The position numbers and the translations under genes are program-made. The notes under the pieces are model-generated. The model had not been told where the DNA came from. It searched no databases and saw nothing but the letters and a program-made list of their open reading frames with translations. DNA of 22,223 nucleotides from Salpingoeca rosetta. Taxonomy: Eukaryota > Protista > Choanoflagellata. Below are positions 11,282 to 21,400 of the stretch, piece by piece; positions within the stretch are counted from its first letter, which is position 1; each line of letters starts with the position of its first letter. Where the stretch lies: positions 1,466,687 to 1,488,909 of the forward strand of contig JAWQFM010000015.1 in assembly GCA_033442325.1 (NCBI GenBank). Direction: 5' to 3'.

Positions 11282-11380
11282 AGTCGGTGGTCGTCGCTGC
11301 CGTTGCAAAAATTTCCAAAACACGTTGGGCAGGAAAGACACAACAGACGCTGACTGGCTGCTGCAACAACCAGGAAGAAG
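11282..11380. promoter_or_regulatory. Putative very compact bidirectional promoter/5' UTR region between the CP110-like and Gon7-like genes
   Basis: Only 99 nt separate the two divergent proposed ATGs; there is an AT-rich patch GCAAAAATTTCCAAAA. This depends on the 21-nt CP110-like exon 1 being correct. Confidence 0.4.
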
Positions 11381-11549
11381 ATGAGCGAGGTGGTGGCTGA
11401 GGTTGAGGGCCCCGGCTGGACTGAGGTGGTGAAGGTGCCGCGCGGCAGCGCGGAGACACTGTCCAGTGTGCTTGGCACTGCGAAAGAGCAAATCAACGCA
11501 GCCATCACCAAACACATGGAAGGCGACACAACACAAGAAGGTGTGTGGT

Positions 11550-11587
<38 letters not shown>

Positions 11588-11973
11588 CGTGTGCGTGTGT
11601 GTGTGTGCGCGCGTGTGTGTGCGTGTGTGCGTGCGTGTGTGCGTGTGCGTGTGCGTGTGCGTGTGTGTATGGATGCCATGTCTATGCACCGTGCCTTTAC
11701 ACCGCGTCTATACACCGCGCCTATGTACCGCGTCAATGTGTGGCGTTGATGTTGCTGCGCATTGCTATCGTGACCATCAGGTACTCAGCTATGCCTTCCA
11801 ACCCTCAACATCTCACCCGCTGTCGTCGTTCTTGTTTCTAATTAGATGTATCAAAGGACTACCTTGACGCAGACGACGACGACGACGACGACGATGAGGC
11901 AGCGGAGGGCGCCCCGCACCAAGACAAGGCGGCGACGACACAAAGCAGCAAGAAGCCTAAGACGGATGCGTAG
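11381..11973 (+). CDS. GON7: Small 95-aa acidic protein, probable Gon7/C14orf142-like KEOPS (EKC) complex subunit
   Basis: Two exons, 11381-11540 and 11846-11973 (phase-1 GT-AG intron), give [95 protein letters not shown]. The layout is an N-terminal beta-hairpin, an amphipathic helix (..QIN..IT..ME), an acidic tract and a KKPK tail, matching Gon7. The gene model is more certain than the family call. Confidence 0.62.
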
Positions 11974-12392
11974 CGCATGCAGGCTCTCGACCGGCTTCTT
12001 GTATGCTGGGCGACGCAGCTGCGGGGTCTTGCCTTGCTTGCCCACACGCTTGTTTCGCTTGCCAGCCATGGTATGTTATGCTACACCACACAGCTGAAGA
12101 CGTTTTCTTCAGTTCATCATGCTTTTGGACACACACATCAACATAGACAAGGCAGAACTACACTGGCAATGAGCGTTCGTATCCATCGACACAAGGGATG
12201 AACCAACACGTGAGGGAGACAATACATAGTGACGGCGACAACGCGAGAGCAAGCCCTAGATGTGTAACAACAGTGCGCGCGCGCGTTTGTGTGGGTGTGT
12301 GTTGGCTACACGATATGCAATCAATCCGAGCCAACGAAGCGATAACACAACACGAAAGCACGAAGCCAAGAAAGCACGAAAGCACGAAAGCC

Positions 12393-12755
12393 TTAGATCT
12401 TGCCCGCTGGCAGCTCACACGCGCGGACGGCCTGGTGGAGGCCGTGCTTGAGAAAGTAACGGCGGAGCGCGGGCCAGTTGGTGATCTTGGCACTGCAGTG
12501 GCCCGGGTGCACGCGCACGAGGCCCGCGGTGTTGAGGGCGGTGGGCTTCATGCCAAGCAGGTGCTGCAAGGCGCGGAAGTAATGATTGCCATGTGGGCCT
12601 GTCAAGTCTTCATAGAAGATCTACAAAAGTAAGGGGGTGGGGGTGGGTGCGTGTGTGTGTGGGGGAGGGGCGGAGGGTGAAAAGGGGATGGAATGGAGGG
12701 TGGTGAGGACAGAGAGGTAGAAGGAGACAAAGAGGTAGAGAGCGAGAGCAACGAC

Positions 12756-12842
<87 letters not shown>

Positions 12843-14540
12843 AGACAGAGACACAGACACGCACACACGCACGCACACCTCTGTGTAGAGGATGCGGTGT
12901 GGGTAGAGGTGGAGCAGGAGGCGATATGCAAACGCCACGCCCTGGCCTGCGTTTGCAAAGCCAATGCAGCACGGCACGTCAAAGTCTGACTGTGCCTGCG
13001 CGGTGACAACAGACATGTCGTGGGTGACGGCAGTCACCACCTCCTCTGTAAACGGATCCGTGATGGCGGTGTGTTGGCACCACGACATCAGGATGGCCTC
13101 GTCGCCTGTTGGGTGTCGCGTGTGCATGTGTGTCGGTGTGTGTAATTATGTTAATGTGTGTGTGTGAGAGAGAGAGAGAGAGGGCACGTGCATGTATGTG
13201 TGTATGTATGTGTGTGTGTGTGTGTTAGCAAGGGTGAGTGAAAACGGCAATCACCACATGTCAGAGTGCACACTTCGCAATACACACATTGCACGACGTG
13301 TCAACTCTCATGAGTGCACACACCCCACGTACCCTGCGCGGCGCTGTAGACACTGTCGTCGTCGTCGTCATTGTTGCTCCCACTGCTGGCGTTGTCATTG
13401 TTCGTCTTGCGAGGAAAGAACGAGAAGAACCCATCACCATGGTCTGCCATACATGCATGCACCGCACTGGTCACTCTCGACAGTGTTGTTTGTTGGGGGG
13501 GGGAAGGGCCGACGTTGTGCACCGATACGACCTAACAATCAATAGAGACAAATACACAGACAGACACACACACACACACACAGACAGGCACAGACACGCA
13601 CACACAGACAGGCACAGACACACACGGACACAGACACACAGACACAGACACAGACCGACACACAGACACACACAAGACACACAGACAGACAGACAGACGC
13701 ACACACAGACAAACGCAAACCTTGTTGGCGCGTGAGGTCGCGTTGCACGCCCTGGTCCAGTTCTCGCTGCAGCGAGACGGTGAGCAGCCCGAGGGCGGCC
13801 GTCAAGTCGTCATTGGGCGGCAGCGCATCCGCCGCCGTCACCACCTGCTCAAACCCGACCATCGCCGCGCTCTCGTTGTCCAGCGCAAGCCCGCGCACCA
13901 GTTGCTTGACGATGGACGCGGCCGCCTCCGCCTGCTCCCTGCGGCGAGCGGAGATGCGGGGCAGGATGGCGTGGATGGCGCTGTGCTCCGGCGCTTCCAG
14001 ATGCGCCATCAACTCGAGCGCAAAGTCGCGCGCCTTGCTGGACTGCCGCAGCTGGATCATCAGGCTCAGCGCGTGCGGGATGAGCAGCACGGAGCGGCGC
14101 GCAGCGGCTGTGGTTGCCGTGGTGAAGGCGGACCAATATGAGCGAAGCGCAGCCACGGCGTCGTCCGTGTCGTTGGACAGGTACCCAAGGAACACCACCG
14201 TGTTGTCCTGGAACTCAAACGTGTCTCCCATGCCGAGGATGTCAATCAGGTGCGGGATGCTGGACCGGTTCAGCAGCCGGTCAACCATTGGCCGCGTCAC
14301 CCCATAGAAGTAGGTGCGGTTCACCACCCCCAACACATACTCCGCATTGGCGCTGGGGTCCTCCACGCTCCTGCTGCTAATGCTGCTGCTGCTGCCTGTG
14401 ATGTTTGTGCTGATACCTGTGGTTTGGTCTGCATGCGCGATGCCCACGATGATGCTTGCAGCCACCACACACCAAAGCGTGATGACGGCAACGGTTGCCC
14501 TAAGCCGCCGCGTCACAGGCGCGCACTTTCCGTCCCGCAT
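12393..14540 (-). CDS. Secretory-pathway sulfotransferase-like protein (NodH/Stf0-type P-loop fold, divergent), ~461 aa
   Basis: Four phase-consistent exons (-): 14540-13721, 13443-13333, 13105-12879, 12620-12393. N-terminal signal peptide/anchor VAVITLWCVVAASIIVGIAHA. The C-terminal IFYEDL...ALQHLLGM...LVRVH.G..SAKITNW.AL pattern matches the YEDL..FLG..KIH...I.NW tail of NodH/Stf0-like sulfotransferases. ISARRREQAEAAAS resembles the 3'-PAPS-binding R...S motif. Confidence 0.65.
12758..12878. repeat. Intronic (CA)n microsatellite ((GT)n after the donor on the coding strand) in sulfotransferase-like intron 3
   Basis: Near-perfect run ending at the donor site. Confidence 0.88.
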
Positions 14541-15227
14541 GGTTCCTTTGATATCGCTGTGATGAGGTTGTGGCTATGGTGTGGTTGTGGTTGTTGATTG
14601 GTTGCAGGCTGCTTGGTTGATTGGTTGTTGGGGTCGTGGGGGTGGCCTTGTGCTTCGCTGCCGTCGTCTGCTAGCTGCTGCTGACCCAAAATGACACCCA
14701 ACAAACCAACTGGCCTGCCGTGCACCTGCTGGTGTGATGAGGAGACAGGCAAACAACGATCGTGATGCCTCGGAGGCCGTGTTGTTCTTGTGTTCCTTCC
14801 TCCCTGAGTCCCTTGTCGCTCGCTCGCTCACCCGCCGCCCCCTCTCTCTGCGTTGCGCACGTCCTAAAATAAAAACAATCACAGCGCTTAAGCAGTCGTG
14901 AACACGCGTGGGCAGTGTAGTCCGTGTGCCCGTGTGTGCAGTCAGCCGCTGTTCTTTGGTTGGTTGCCTTGCTCGCTTGCTTCCTTCGCTTGCTTGCTGT
15001 GCGTCTGCCTCCTGCCATCATCATCATCATCGACTGCATTCTGCTGCAGAAGCAAGAGTTCTCACAACCGTCCTCTTCGGTGCTCCGTTGCCCAACGACG
15101 ACAGGCGACATACAGACATATACACGGATATCTAACCATCGATCACAACCATCAAACGCACGCGCTCCACCACACCACACACCCACACCCACACCACACC
15201 CACACCACACCCACACACGCGCGCACA

Positions 15228-17735
15228 ATGGTGATGACGCGCGCTGCTTCCTGGTGGTTGGTGGTGGTTGTGGCGACAGCAGCAGCATTGCTCAGCGGCA
15301 CACGCGTGTGTGCCCAAGACTATGGCCTTGTCGTGGAGTATGACGCCACTGACGACGCCAACAACCACAACTACAACCACAACGCCAGCAGCAACCAGCC
15401 TTCGCTGCATGTGAAAAGCCGCGGGCATATCCACGTGCAAAGTGGTCAAGGGCAGCAAGGGACGCGACAAGGGCAAGCAACATCAAGGGCAGCAACAGGA
15501 GGGCAAGGGCGCGTGGTGGTGAACAGTGTGCCGGTGGTGGACCAGTTGAACAACCTGTCGCAGGCCATTTTCGATATCCGCGACCAGCTCCTCAACATCA
15601 GCGCGGCCACATCTGCCTCCCGCGCAAGCAGCAGCAACAACGCTGACAACAACGACATCATCAACAGCAACAGCAACAGCACCAGCAATGCGGGCGCCGA
15701 CTGCGTCGTGGACACCTTGTTTGTCCTAAACTGTTCCGACCCCATCTCACGCGCGGCGTTTGTGCTGTACAGGATTTGCGGCGTGTACGCGGTGGAGGAC
15801 TGCTGCTGTCCCGAGATCGCTGCAATCACGAGCATCGCCACGCACATTGCCGTCGCGCCCCATGAGCAACATCTGCGCTTTCCGGCATTGGAAACAATGG
15901 AGAGTCCCATCCGTATCTCAAACACAAAGCTTGTCTCTATCCGCTTTGACGCGCTCAGCTTGGTTCCATCGCACGTCTTCATCAGCTCCAATCCCCATCT
16001 CGTGGAGGTGCACGCGAATCAGTTGACCTTCGTACGCTCAAGCGTTATTTTCCGCGACAACGCACAGCTGGGCATCATCAGCATGGCCAACCTCTCTTGG
16101 GCTCGTTCGGCGGTGCGGGTGGTGAACAGCCCGAGATTGCACAGCATCAACTTCGACAGCCTTGCTCGGGTCAACATGTTTGTACTGTCGAACACGGGCC
16201 TGGCCAGCCTGCGCTTGGGGCACAGCGTGCCACTCTTCGTTGGCCAGAGAGTCTTCCTCACGGACAACCGCAACCTCGCTACCGTCGACCTGCGCAACGT
16301 CAGCATTAACCGGTTCTTGTACGTTGATGCGGCTCAGGTTGCGGCCTTGGACTTTGAGCAGGTGCGACGGACCGGTGCAACACTCACCATCTGCTGCTCA
16401 GTCAATGGCGGCGACAGCAACAGCGACGACAACAGCAACGACAACAGCAACGACAACAGCAACGCCACCACCCTCAACCTGGCTGACCTGCTGCCGCGCG
16501 AGGTGCCGTTCTCGGTCATGTTTGACCAACTTCCACACATCACCAGCGTTGTCAGCGGCGGCATCAACAGCATGGCTGGCGATCTCGTCATCAAATCAAA
16601 CGAGCGCCTCGGTGCTGTGGACCTGTCCAGCATCACGACCATCAATGGCGACCTTCAAGTCTCCGACAACGCCGAGCTCACCTCCCTGCTGCTCAGCCCG
16701 GCGCTGACGCAGGTGCTGGGGAACGTGCTGCTGTTCAGCAACAACTTCCAGCACGCGCCCCTCGGCAGTCTGCGGTCTGTTGGTGGCGCCCTGCAGCTCT
16801 TCGGCAACAACATCACCGCCCTGGACGGGCTCGGCCAGCTCACCTCCATCGGAGCCTCCCTGGACCTGAGCTCCAACCCGTTGGGCACACTCGACATGAA
16901 CGACCTCCCGCCCGTCGCCGGCAGCATCTTCCTGCGGCTGTGCGGCCTCACCACCCTCATCCCTCCAACCAGCAGCAGCAGCAGCATGGGTTTCACGCGG
17001 ATCAACGGCACGCTCGACCTGTACAACAACTTGCTCACCCACTTTGATGCTGGCGCCATCACACACGTTGCTGGCACCCTCCGCGTCTACAACAACAGGC
17101 TGCGCAGCGTGGAGTTTCGTGGGCTGACGTACATTGGTGGCGCTCTGGACCTGTTTGGCAACGCAATCACGAGCATAAGCCTCGAGCCGCTCACACACGT
17201 GGGCGGGGACGTGAAGCTGGCCAACAACGCCCTGACGCACGTCTCATTTGGCAGCCTGGCGGAGATAGGCGGCGGCCTGATGCTTGGCACGAACGCATTT
17301 GCCTCGCTCGCCTTTACCAACGTGACGCGCATTGGCAAGGACCTTGAGGTGACGTCGATCCACTCGCTGACGTGGTTTGACTTTGGTTCGCTCCGCTCAG
17401 TTGGTGGCCACGTGCATGTGACCGGCAACGGCCTGCAGAGCCTGAGGTTCGGCGACCTCACGCGTGTAGACGGTGACCTGAGTCTGTACCTGAACGATTT
17501 GACGGCCATCTCCTCATGGGGTTCGCTGTCGCATGTTGGTGGAGACCTGCAACTGGACGGCAACAGCTTCACCTCCCTCAACCTCACGTCGCTGGCCTTT
17601 GTCGGTGGTGAAATCAGGGCGTCCCACATGCCGGGCATGGCTCTGTTGGACTGCGCTGGATTGGGGCTGTGTCTCTGCGTTGATCCCAACATCATCGTTT
17701 CAACACGCTGCCCTCCTCCCTGCTCCGAGTGCTAG
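15228..17735 (+). CDS. Secreted receptor L-domain / LRR-like beta-solenoid protein (~835 aa, intronless)
   Basis: Lies inside ORF 14898..17735. First ATG at 15228 is followed by signal peptide [30 protein letters not shown]. There are many ~22-aa repeats of consensus LxxVGGxLxLxxNxLTxLxFGx (e.g. [45 protein letters not shown]), many N-x-S/T sequons, Cys-rich caps at both ends and no TM helix. Confidence 0.88.
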   Translation: MVMTRAASWWLVVVVATAAALLSGTRVCAQDYGLVVEYDATDDANNHNYNHNASSNQPSLHVKSRGHIHVQSGQGQQGTRQGQATSRAATGGQGRVVVNSVPVVDQLNNLSQAIFDIRDQLLNISAATSASRASSSNNADNNDIINSNSNSTSNAGADCVVDTLFVLNCSDPISRAAFVLYRICGVYAVEDCCCPEIAAITSIATHIAVAPHEQHLRFPALETMESPIRISNTKLVSIRFDALSLVPSHVFISSNPHLVEVHANQLTFVRSSVIFRDNAQLGIISMANLSWARSAVRVVNSPRLHSINFDSLARVNMFVLSNTGLASLRLGHSVPLFVGQRVFLTDNRNLATVDLRNVSINRFLYVDAAQVAALDFEQVRRTGATLTICCSVNGGDSNSDDNSNDNSNDNSNATTLNLADLLPREVPFSVMFDQLPHITSVVSGGINSMAGDLVIKSNERLGAVDLSSITTINGDLQVSDNAELTSLLLSPALTQVLGNVLLFSNNFQHAPLGSLRSVGGALQLFGNNITALDGLGQLTSIGASLDLSSNPLGTLDMNDLPPVAGSIFLRLCGLTTLIPPTSSSSSMGFTRINGTLDLYNNLLTHFDAGAITHVAGTLRVYNNRLRSVEFRGLTYIGGALDLFGNAITSISLEPLTHVGGDVKLANNALTHVSFGSLAEIGGGLMLGTNAFASLAFTNVTRIGKDLEVTSIHSLTWFDFGSLRSVGGHVHVTGNGLQSLRFGDLTRVDGDLSLYLNDLTAISSWGSLSHVGGDLQLDGNSFTSLNLTSLAFVGGEIRASHMPGMALLDCAGLGLCLCVDPNIIVSTRCPPPCSEC

Positions 17736-17747
17736 CGCGCGCATATG

Positions 17748-17995
17748 TGTGTTGGGGGGGGGGAGGGTGGTGCGAGTGTAGTTGTGTCGGTATGTGTGTG
17801 TGTGTGTGTGTGTGTGTGTTGGGGGAGGGTGGTGCGAGTGTAGTTGTGTCGGGATGTGTGTGTGTATGTGTTTGTGTGTGTGTGTGTGTGTTGGGGGAGG
17901 GTGGTGCGAGTGTAGTTGTGTCGGGATGTGTGTGTGTGTGTGTGCGTGTGCGTGCGTGTGTGTGTGTGTGCGTGTGTGTGTGCGTGTGTGTGTGG
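17748..17995 (+). repeat. Three copies of a ~35-nt G-rich unit (TTGGGGGAGGGTGGTGCGAGTGTAGTTGTGTCGG) separated by (GT)n spacers, just 3' of the L-domain gene stop
   Basis: Core AGGGTGGTGCGAGTGTAGTTGTGTCGG starts at 17764, 17826 and 17898 (spacing 62 and 72 nt). Confidence 0.9.
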
Positions 17996-18134
17996 CTTGG
18001 CCATCTCTGCTTGACTGCTAGCTCTGTAAGTGATTGATTGACCGATGTGATTCACATCGTCGTATGTAGTTTGTGTCATTTTAATCGAAGCCACCAACAA
18101 TGCAACACGCACGTGATGGCAGATGACAAGTCCA

Positions 18135-18147
18135 ACACACACACACA

Positions 18148-18191
<44 letters not shown>

Positions 18192-18233
18192 CACACACAC
18201 ACACAGACACACACAGACACACACACACACACA
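18135..18233. repeat. Intergenic (CA)n microsatellite
   Basis: CA run with occasional GA/CG interruptions. Confidence 0.88.
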
Positions 18234-18442
18234 TGTAAGTCAGTGCCACGCGGGGGATGACTCATCAAGTCACGACAGCACAAACAAACAAAAAGAGGGT
18301 GGAACGGACATCCTTCTTTTCCTTTGTCTTTGTTGTCTTTGTCGCTTGCTTGCGCGCATTTTCCCACTGCTGTCCGCACACCCTCCGACAACAACAGCCA
18401 CAGCAAAGAAGGGACGAGGAGACAGACGACACAGACAAAGCC

Positions 18443-21400
18443 ATGGACCCCGGCGGCGACCGCGTGAAGCTGCTGGACCTGGCTGAGGAAGGCAATGTGG
18501 TCGAGCTACAAGCAGACAGACACGGGCATGGTGAGCATGCCATGGTTGCCTACGCTTGGACGGATGAACACAACAGCAGCAAGCAGAAACGCCACCGTTG
18601 CGGCAGCATCATGGGCGACACTGCTGCGATCAAAATGAGCTCTTCCACGGACATGGCCGGCAACATGGACGCAGCCACCACCACCACCACCACCTCCGCA
18701 ACGACTGGCCAGCACCGAGCCCGCCGCGCATGCAAGTGGCTCACTGGCCTGATGGCCTTTTCCGCAGTCCTCTTTGGTGTCTCGCTTGGCGTGTCGCTGT
18801 ACGTGCTGCTGCACAACACCAACATGGACGACGCATCCCTCAACGCCGTTGACATCTACATCATCGACACGGCTGCCTCCGACGGTGGCACACTCGCCTC
18901 CTCACCGACGCCCCCACCACAGAACCCCAACAGCGGCGGCAGTGGTGGCGATGGGCCGCCAAGCTCCTCGTCATCATCAGCGTCATCGTCAGCGGGCACC
19001 GGCGCGCCTGCAGACGTGGTCATCACCTTGAACGCCACCTTGCCAGACATCGCCAGCGCCCACACCATGCACATTGGAGAGGCAAGCTGTGCCATTCTGG
19101 TGGGCGGCGAGGACCTGGCCCTGGCAGAGCTTCCCGTCGGCGTGAGCCTCGGTGCAAGCCACCACCGGACCATTGTCACCAACGTGACCATCCGCGTGTC
19201 CAGCCTCGAGCGCATTGGGCACCTCCGCTCCTCCTTCCTTGCGTCCCTCCACCACGGCTCTCAGCAACAGCTGCCGGTCGTGACGGCTCGTTGCCGTGTC
19301 CCTGTGGATGTGGACGTCTTTGGTGCCATCCACGTCGGGCCCTTCACCCTGGACACCACCCTCAACATCACCGACATCCTCACCAGCCTGGGCCACAGCG
19401 CTCTCGCCTACATGGAGGCGCAAGGTGCATCTCCGCCACAGCCGGATCAGCCGTTCACAAGCACCAGCAGCACCACTACTACCAACAACAACACCAACAA
19501 CAACGACAACACCAGCGACCAAGACCCCAAGCCCGGCGTGGTTGGCGATGGTCGTCACAACGCGGATCCAATGTACCACACCCACGTTGGCCAGCAGCAA
19601 CAACAACAACAACAACAACAGCAGCAGCAGCGCGGCACAGAGGAGGCCGCCTCGCTGGTGCTGCACGTGACGGGGCTGAAGTCGACCACGACCGCCACCC
19701 CAGTCACCATCGGCTCCTTCCCCGCATCGCTTGTGCGCTCTCACCTTCCCCTGGACAGGGCAACCCTGCACCTGCCTCAGTCCACCTTTCTGCTGTGGAC
19801 CAAGACGCCTGCATTGGTCTCTCTGTCCTCCAGCGCGCCCTTCTGGGAGACGCTGCCAGAAGCAGGCCCGCTGCGCCCATGCAAGCTTGGAGAGGACGTC
19901 GTGGTGGTGGGCTTTCACGACCACAGCATCCCGCTTGTCCTCGGTGGGCAACTGCAGGCGGATGTGCACGTGGAGGTCCTGTCAGCATCAGCAACGCTTG
20001 ATGTCGACGGTAGCTATGCAGCAGAGGCCCTGCTCGCCAAAGCCGCCGCGTCCAGCTCTAGGGCTGGGGCCGGTGGCCTGCTGCCACTGCTTGGCAGGCA
20101 GTTTGGCACGGCGCTGCTGTCTCAACATGCCACCACATACTTCCGCTCTGCACAGAAGCGGGACAACGTGCTCACGCGTGCTCTCGGCCATTTCCACCTC
20201 GCGCAGGAGTACAACCCCGACGCCGGCAGTGCTGGTGGCACCACCGACGCAGATGCAGACGCACTTGTGAACGCCTTGCTGCCGCCAGACCTACACGACA
20301 CGCGCTCGCACCTGTTGCACGCCATCAACAACGCCACAGATCACCGCCGCCGCCGCCGCAATGACGACGACAACGACACCAGCGCTGACGCGTGGACCCG
20401 TCTTGGCTTTGCCCTGCGTGCCCGCTTGTTTGATTCGCTGAGCAGCAGCGCCCAAGGCGGCATTGCCGGCAACGTCACTGTGATGACAGGCGCCCTGGGC
20501 AGCGTCAAGGACAACGTCATCGTCACCCTGAGTGGCAGCCTCTCTGCGCACGGCAGGGTGCAGGGCGCAGGCATTGGTGCATTCAGCTATGACAGTCGCG
20601 AGCAGAACGCATGGGCTGAGGTTGACATCCACGCCCCGCAGTGGCCAGCAGCGTGGCTGAACATGTCGGCGTCCGCGACATGGACAGGCAGTGGCGCAGA
20701 AACGCACGTGGTCTTGCACCACTCCATCGCGTTCCAGAGCACGGGCGAGACCATCGTCGGCCACGCGACAGGCACCCAGCAAGGTGCCCACACATCGATT
20801 CAGCACTCGCTCGTGAGCAGTGACGATGACGGGGGCGTGTGGGGCATCCACGCGTGGCACGCCAACATCAGCGCTTGGAATGTCCCGCAGGGCGCACGGG
20901 CACGCGTGTGTGTGAACAGTAACAGCACCAGCGGGCGTGACGGCGATGGCGGCGATGGCGGTGATGGTGGGGTCTTCATTGACGGCACGGGAGTGTTTAG
21001 CGATGATGCGTGGGAGAGCATTCGTGCGTTGTGGAACGCCAGTGTGAACGGCAATGTGCGTGATAGCGCGGTTGCCGTGACGACCACTGCAAAGTTCAAG
21101 CGCCGCGCAGATCTCCCCGCATCCCCAATGGCGTGTCATTTCCTCTCAACGGATGACGAGCACATCGTGTTCGACTTTCGCATGCATGGGGAGGCGCATG
21201 CTCACGCACTCCTGTACGCCGATGCAACGACAACAGAGACAGAGAGCTACCGCATCCTGGACGTTGACGTCCCCGCTGCCGGTTTGTACGTGAATGGCGA
21301 GACGCTGTTCGCCATCAATGACTGGTACAAGTTCCAGGTGGTGCAGGGCCGGTGGGACGTGTACAATGCAACCCCACCAGCCACCGACTTCTCGCTGTCG

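Noticed and set aside
14898-15227. 110-aa N-terminal extension of the L-domain ORF from a GTG start
   Set aside because: Non-ATG start, low-complexity CA-rich sequence; the signal peptide begins at ATG 15228.
17748-17995. CRISPR-like look of three ~35-nt direct repeats with 62-72-nt periodicity
   Set aside because: Spacers are (GT)n microsatellite, not unique sequence; the repeat is not palindromic; the context is eukaryotic with no cas genes.
18257-18442. Upstream in-frame ATG with a hydrophobic stretch for the last gene
   Set aside because: Composition (TTC/TTG and CAA runs) looks like 5' UTR/promoter and ATG 18443 has strong GCCATGG context; not fully excluded.
18989-21139. Long antisense ORFs (18989-19969, 20291-21139; also 7321-8184, 16596-17695)
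   Set aside because: Shadow ORFs from GC-rich codon bias of the sense genes; no recognisable motifs.
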